Shown here piece after piece: positions 57,818-64,000 of a DNA stretch of 64,000 nucleotides (its first letter is position 1; each line of letters begins with the position of its first letter). The notes beneath the pieces are model-generated. The model saw only the letters and a list, made by a program, of their open reading frames with translations. It was not told the origin of the DNA and did not search any database. The DNA is from Octopus vulgaris (Eukaryota), in contig OX597821.1 in NCBI GenBank assembly GCA_951406725.2, forward strand, positions 62,744,001-62,808,000, written 5' to 3'. A program made the translations under genes and the position numbers.

Positions 57818-57958
57818 CCAGTGAAGATTCGTGTCCTAGAGAGGAGAATGTTATAAACCGAACTTGCCTGAAGAGATGTGAAACTCATGAAGATTGCGTA
57901 AGCAGGAAGAAAAAATGTTTATGTGACGGCAAGTGTGGTATGAGCTGTGTTAATAAAA
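57818..57958 (+). CDS. lev-9: Internal coding exon, WAP (four-disulfide core) domain of a LEV-9/Hasp-like secreted WAP+CCP protein
   Basis: Polypyrimidine tract plus TAG acceptor (AG 57816-57817) and GTAAGT donor (57959-57964). The exon is 141 nt with phase 1 at both ends. It translates to SEDSCPREENVINRTCLKRCETHEDCVSRKKKCLCDGKCGMSCVNK with 8 Cys. The C-L-C-D-G-x-C-G-M-S-C variant (instead of CC) resembles the WAP domain of C. elegans LEV-9 and Drosophila Hasp. The exon call is firm; the orthology is by motif recognition only. Confidence 0.85.
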
Positions 57959-58461
57959 GTAAGTAGAAATGCAATTTTTATTCAATCTATTTTTATGTGA
58001 TATTAACACAGAAATAATGTTTCTTTCAATTTGATTTTATATTATGCTAAAAAAATGCATGAACATTTATATTTTATGTTTTAGCACTTTTACAAAAACT
58101 TTTTTTGGAGCGTCTAGTATTATTTATCCTTTGGGGAGTTCCAGTAATACGTTAGTGTGTTTGCTTTCCCAAACTTCTTAAGTATTAAGCAACGAATGCA
58201 TGAAATAAATTTTAAGAAATATCTCCTTGCGAATATTTTTAGTAGAATATACGTAGCTATTATCATACATACTTATAGACATACACTGTCTCACACACAC
58301 AAATGCTGGGTTTTTTTTAAACACCGTTGCAAAATAAGATGATACTTTTATAGCTGACATTTTGAACAAATGCGTTGAGGATTTTATTATCATATCGTTA
58401 TATTATAACGTACGAGCTAATCATATAATTCATAGACGATTTGCATACATCATCATAAACG

Positions 58462-58528
<67 letters not shown>

Positions 58529-59539
58529 GCATACACACACACACACACATATATATATATACCATATATATACATATATACCTACATGTGGCAGTTATAC
58601 TCATTCAAGACATTGGTAGACGTGTTCCTATATATGTATATGTATATGCGTGTGTGTGTATATATGTGTACATATTTATGGAATATCTTCAAAGGACACA
58701 TGTGCCCTCTGTGTTCGTGATTCCAGCACAATTTTATTTCCTTTCATACCATGTTACAACTCCTTTGTTGTGCCGTTTATCGTTAGGATTTTATGAGAAA
58801 AAGGAGAAATTGTTTATGTATGTTTAGAATTAATTTCATTTTCGTCTAAGAAGAATTCTTTATTATAGATAAGAACAGGGCACATCGCTGTTTGCTTTGA
58901 AGATTATGAAATCATCTGGTGATTACTTGAAACTTAGACAAACTATTTCAGTGAGACGACTCTGGTATCTATTTTCGATTGTCATTAAAAAACAATATAT
59001 TTTCGCCTTTATGCTATGATAAGTATAATGAGGTAATGAGCTGTACATAACAAACCGCTGTATATTGTGTAAAAAACTCACTTTACTAAATATAGCAATC
59101 TTCATCATTATTATCATTATCATGAATAGAAGAGACCGAGGTATGGCAGAAACATTAGAGAGCCAGAAGAGATACCCTCTGGTATATGATATCATTTTTA
59201 TGCTCTGATTTTAAGTTAGACGGAATTCAACTTTGCATTTCAGCGCCCTGAAACCTGTGATTAAATTGACCAATAAACTCCACTTAATTTTGCTGGCCAT
59301 GTGTTTAATTCACAAACAATTAAGGGCAGTTAGCAGGCACAATCGTTACAGTGTCGTAAGAAATACTTTTATACGTTTCTTAGGAATCTTTATAATTGTA
59401 TTTCGCCTTCTAATCAATCTCATTCATAAAAGGTAGTACCAAACAAGACCTGAGGTCAATGTTTTTGACTAAGTTCTCTCCTCAAACTCCTGTAAGCGTG
59501 TCGAATGTTAAGAATCACTATTATCATTATTATTATTAT

Positions 59540-60025
59540 TGAGTGAGAGAGCAGTGCATGCCATCAAAGTGACACTGGGGTAAAATATACGAAGCCCAAT
59601 ATACCCATCATGACTACCCGTCTGATAAGGGTACACCAGGCATATGCATCACAACCATATGTTTTGCATGTTGTGTAGCCCATCCCGCTGAAAAGGTCTC
59701 TGAATAAGTTTTGTTTAAGCATGTTAAACAAAACAACCCTGTTTCCAGTGGTGAATTATTCAAACCCCAAATAATTCGTCTCGATAATTGGCTGTAATTC
59801 CCCCTCACTACTTCTGCTCATGATCAGATATGCGCATATCGTCAGCCACTAAGGGACATGGTCAACTTGTTAAGGTCAAACAACTAACAAGCAAATCTGT
59901 GGTATTGAGCAGAATATTTGCTGTAGCCGATCTTTTATACCAAGACAAAACAATATACATAATAACACTTCCAATCAGTTAAGTGCAGCAGCCATGAGAG
60001 CCACTGCCTGGTACTGCATTAAAGC
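59540..60025 (-). mobile_element. Interspersed repeat family E, long copy ending in (TAA)n
   Basis: Matches 1668-1930 (inverted) and 60950-61265 (direct). On the minus strand it ends ...gcactgctctctcactc-aataataataat. Confidence 0.85.
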
Positions 60026-60029
60026 AATG

Positions 60030-60915
60030 ATCCTTCTATCCAGTTTTTATATTTCCTCTTTAGGCCATATGAGGATGGACGCAGTATATCTGACCACTGC
60101 AACTTCCCAGATATTGATTGCGTAATCAAAGTTTTAGCATTCAGATTGGATTTCAACACCATTTTCACTCTTTTTTGATACGCCTCGCTGACCTTGACTT
60201 TTATTTTTTTGTGTAGAATGTCATCCTACCCACTAATCCCCTAAAATCTATACGACTATCGTGGAGTTCACCCATGGTCTCGCTTGATGGTAACTGCAAT
60301 CCTCTGCGGGATGCTCTCTTCCCTGTTTTCTTATTAAGTACTAAGCATTTGGTGACCTCAAATTTCATACCGATGCCCCTACCACAGTTCTGGACTGTTT
60401 TGGTTAAGGAATCTATCTGTTTTTCAGATTTCCAAAAAACTTTTAGATCATCCATAAACAGAAGATGATTCAATGAAAGGGCCTTCTCTCCCGCATCGGT
60501 AACCCATCTTCACATCTCTAAGTGTCATTGCTATTAGTGCAATTACAAATAGCAACGGTGAAAACGAATCACCTTGGAAGATTCCCCTTTTAATATTAAC
60601 TTCTCCAAGGAATACATTACTTGTGTACAATTTGGTTTCCCACTCTTTCATGCTATGCGTCACAAAATTTGTGATGTTTTCAGCAACACCAAACGTTTGC
60701 AGGCATTCAACGAACCAAGAATGAGGCATCATACCGTATACCTTCTTAAAGTAAATCCAAGCCATAGACATGTTTATTTGATGTTTTTTACAAAGCATCA
60801 AAACCTGTTTTATCGATAACCAGGTGATCCTTGGTATGCTGAGAACTCTTCCTACATCCTTTTTGTTCCATTGGTAGTATTTCTTCCTGTGCCAGGAAAG
60901 TGAATGCCTTTGCTG
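60030..60915 (-). mobile_element. R4/Dong-type non-LTR retrotransposon reverse transcriptase fragment (frameshifted)
   Basis: Motifs EQKGCRKSSQHTKDHLVIDK, NMSMAWIYFKKVYGMMPHSW, IKRGIFQGDSFSPLLFVIAL, NHLLFMDDLKVF and IGMKFEVTKC are characteristic of R4-clade RTs. Confidence 0.92.
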
Positions 60916-60949
60916 CAATATTATCATCATCCTCATCATCGTCATCATT

Positions 60950-61265
60950 CAATGAGATAGCAGTGCATGCAATTAAAATGACACTGGAGTCAAATATACG
61001 AAACCAAGTATACTCATCATAACTACCTGTCAGAAAAAGGTACATCAGGCACATTCATCACAACCATATGTACGTGACATAGTGATCTTATATCAAGATA
61101 AACAGCGCGTGACCTTGCAGTTGAGGTCCATTTAAAATTTTTCTTCATTTAGGGTAGACCATCCCGCACAAAAGGTCCCTGAAAAAGGGTTGCTTAAACA
61201 TGATAAAACGAAACACCTATGATTCCAGAGGTGAATTATCTAAACCACAAAGGATTCTTTTCAAC
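60950..61265 (-). mobile_element. Interspersed repeat family E, 3' part
   Basis: agcagtgcatgc...tgacactgg...aaatatacgaa...catcacaaccatatg, matching 59550-59770. Confidence 0.85.
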
Positions 61266-61269
61266 TCAA

Positions 61270-61281
61270 TTATCATTATCA

Positions 61282-61349
<68 letters not shown>

Positions 61350-61355
61350 ATTATA

Positions 61356-61425
<70 letters not shown>
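61270..61425. repeat. (ATT)n microsatellite
   Basis: Directly visible. Confidence 0.95.
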
Positions 61426-61428
<3 letters not shown>

Positions 61429-61434
61429 CAGTGA

Positions 61435-61620
61435 ACCAGCAGAACTGTTAGCACGTTGGGCAAACTGCTTAGCGACATTTCGGCCGGTATTTCAGAGATC
61501 AAACCCTGCCGATGTCCAATCCACCTTTCAACCTTTCAGGAACATTGAAATATGAACCATTTGAATACAAGGTTTGACATCCCACCAAATTTCAGGCATT
61601 TTGTCTATCTTAGAAAGGAT
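61435..61620 (+). mobile_element. SINE family A, degenerate
   Basis: cagcagaactgttagcacg...tgcttagcgacatttcg...aaatttcaggc...tagaaaggattattatt. Confidence 0.65.
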
Positions 61621-61629
61621 TATTATTAT

Positions 61630-64000
61630 TCTCCCATATATGCATTATCACCTTTTGGAATTAATTTGTCGATTAGAAGGCATTTCTCTACTTTGTGGTG
61701 CTCAGCAACAGTCTCCGGTCTGATTACCTTGATCTTGCTGTCTTTGAATATTGGCATATTTCCGTATAGATCTGCTTTGCCATTTTCACCGATCTCTCGT
61801 TATGCATAACTATACCATCTCTGCCCTATTGGTGTTTCATACAGCTGACATATCTTCTGGGTGTATGTAACTTTCTATTCGCTTGTGCGTTTGGTTGTAC
61901 TCTGAGTAATCAGAAATAATGTGGTCAATTGTTTCTTCCACTCTCTAAGTATTCTGCTTTTACTATGGTCTGCTACATTACGTAGCTTTCATAGTTTCTA
62001 TTGAGGGGGAGCTATTTCTGTCACAGTACAGAAATAATATACATCTGCTTTGAATCTACTTTGAATCCGGCGCTTTGAATCCGGCGCTTCCCAGTTAGTG
62101 ATAGCTATTTTATTTTTATTGTTCCTGTTTGCAGCATCTTTTGGTATTAGTCTTGTATGGGATTTCTTATTATCTATTTATTATTTTCTAACTTCAGTTT
62201 AGATTTTAGCACTCCACGCTTTCTGCTATACTTTCACCATTTTCTTTATAGTTATTTGCTATTGCAGCATGTTTTGTAGTTGACGTCTTCTTTGAAGATG
62301 AAAAGTAATTTTATGCTCTGTTCATGTTTCGTAGCCGTTTGTATAAATTTCCATGATTCAGAATAGTTATTTTTATTGTGGATATTTTGTATTAGTTTTC
62401 TAGTTATATAAGTCACAAAACTCTTTATATTCGTGGTAAATATAGTCTTGCAATTTTGCATGGCCTATTCTAAATGCTACCATAATTTTCCCTATTTTCC
62501 TGTCAAGTCTAGACAGTTCGATAAACGTACAATTGAGAATATTAAATAGGTAACTTATTCCAGGCACACCTGGAGTATTGATGTCTGTTTCTTTATTCTT
62601 TTTCACTTAACCCACTTTTAGGAAATAATCTGGTGCTTCTGTAATATTCCTTTGTAATCTTTACCCCCAAAATGCGTGTGTTGTTACACTGCCTTGTTCA
62701 TTGATTCATAAGTATGTTTGGTCTAATTCTCTTATTTCATTTCCTTTATCTCATATGATATTAGTGTCTTAATTAATTTTCTTTTTGTCAGAAAATTACT
62801 TTGGCACATTTTTTCTGAACTAATCTCATGTTTATTTCTGTGATAAATCCGTTTGTTGTCTGCAAAGAATGCGTTGACTTGTTTATCGTTTGCAACATTC
62901 AACTTGGGATCATTCACATACGAAAGATTGTTAATCGTCTTATCATAATTGTATCCACATGCAGTTCTATTTAGCATAACGGCCAAAAGGCACTGGTGAC
63001 AGACGAAAAAGAAACAGTGAGATACATTGCTTCTGGGATATTACTCTTCTAATAAGAATGAGTTTAGTTTTTAAAACTCCTCCTTTTAACTGTAAATCCC
63101 AGTCACGTGCCATGTATTTTCCATTTATTGGAGCTGCACTTTTCATGACTTTCCCTCCGAGATCCATGTGAGAGTAATACTATCAAAACCTTCTCGTAGT
63201 CAGTCTATACCATACCAAGTGCTTCTATTGCCTTCGGTCATAGCTTTTTGGATCAGTAATTGATCATTACAACATGAACCTTTGCAGCATCCATTCTGCA
63301 TTTTTTACCAGATATCTTCTCACCTTCTGCGATATGTTGCAGTTAAGGTTTTTGTAAGATTTTAAGAAGACATGTTATGAGATTTTATATAGACTTGGGG
63401 ATAAAATTTATACATAGTTGGGGTGGGGGGTTGTACTTTATATCCAAGCGTTGTTTTCTCTAGCACCATCGGTATCTCATTGTACTTCTCTACTAGCAAC
63501 CTCTGTGTTTCTGTTAAACATTTTGTCTAGAAACTTTTTATATTTTCATGGTTCGATTAAATCCAGTAGTTTGCAGTACTGGGGTTAATCTTTCCGTTGT
63601 TATGGACACACAAGATTGCCCCAAAGCAGTATTAATTAATTCATTTTTTTTGCAAACCTTTTCTGTTAGGATTTTTTGCTGCCAATACTTCTCCCTCAAA
63701 CTTCTATTTCTGGTGCTTTTAGTACTGTATATATTTCATTTTACAAACCTCTTCATTGAAGCGTTTTGATGTTGAGTCGAACAGCTTTCATTCAAATAAT
63801 CTTTTGTGTTTCTCCTAATAACTGAATTTTATCGACCTAGTGAGAATACCATGCTTTAGTAGATCTTTGATCTTAGGTGCATATCATTTTAACATTTGTT
63901 ACTTTTGGTACCTTTTAGTCTTCCTATTTCATCATTGATTTTAAAAATTGACAAATTTATCTCATTCTCTATATATTTCTGGATATTTCATTTTTCATGG
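61630..64000 (-). mobile_element. Second, more decayed R4/Dong-type element (RT to RLE endonuclease region), likely running off the window
   Basis: The minus strand gives, in order, PTMYKF, QNGCCKGSCCNDQLLIQK, a DYEK..FDSITLTWI-like segment, LIRRVISQ, NNLSYVNDPKL (HLLYMDDLKL), EETIDHIIS (Zn knuckle) and a RPE/RPD-like RLE motif, with many stops and frameshifts. Confidence 0.8.

Overview
This is AT-rich, microsatellite-saturated animal genomic DNA. The SINE families and transposon remnants look like those of an octopus (coleoid cephalopod); that call is from pattern recognition, not a search. Nearly all ORFs in the supplied track are translations of (TA)n, (TACA)n and (TAA)n repeats. Only one host exon is well supported: a 141-nt phase-1/phase-1 exon (57818-57958, +) encoding an 8-Cys WAP domain of the LEV-9/Hasp type, so much of the window may be intron or upstream sequence of that gene. 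The rest is mobile DNA: many tRNA-derived SINEs, three Tc1/mariner-superfamily remnants, a CR1-type LINE 3' end next to a 100-N gap, and two R4/Dong-type retrotransposon fragments. The most interesting signal is a recurring architecture of short elements embedded in (TA)n tracts, built as a fold-back hairpin plus a unique tail. It occurs in several sequence families. Two copies of one family have arms that co-vary, and nearby repeats carry minimal hammerhead-ribozyme-like cores. Local sequence beside microsatellites has also been copied in inverted orientation. Together these suggest a (TA)n-targeting, Penelope-like or fold-back-priming process. Repeat boundaries were set by eye and are approximate.
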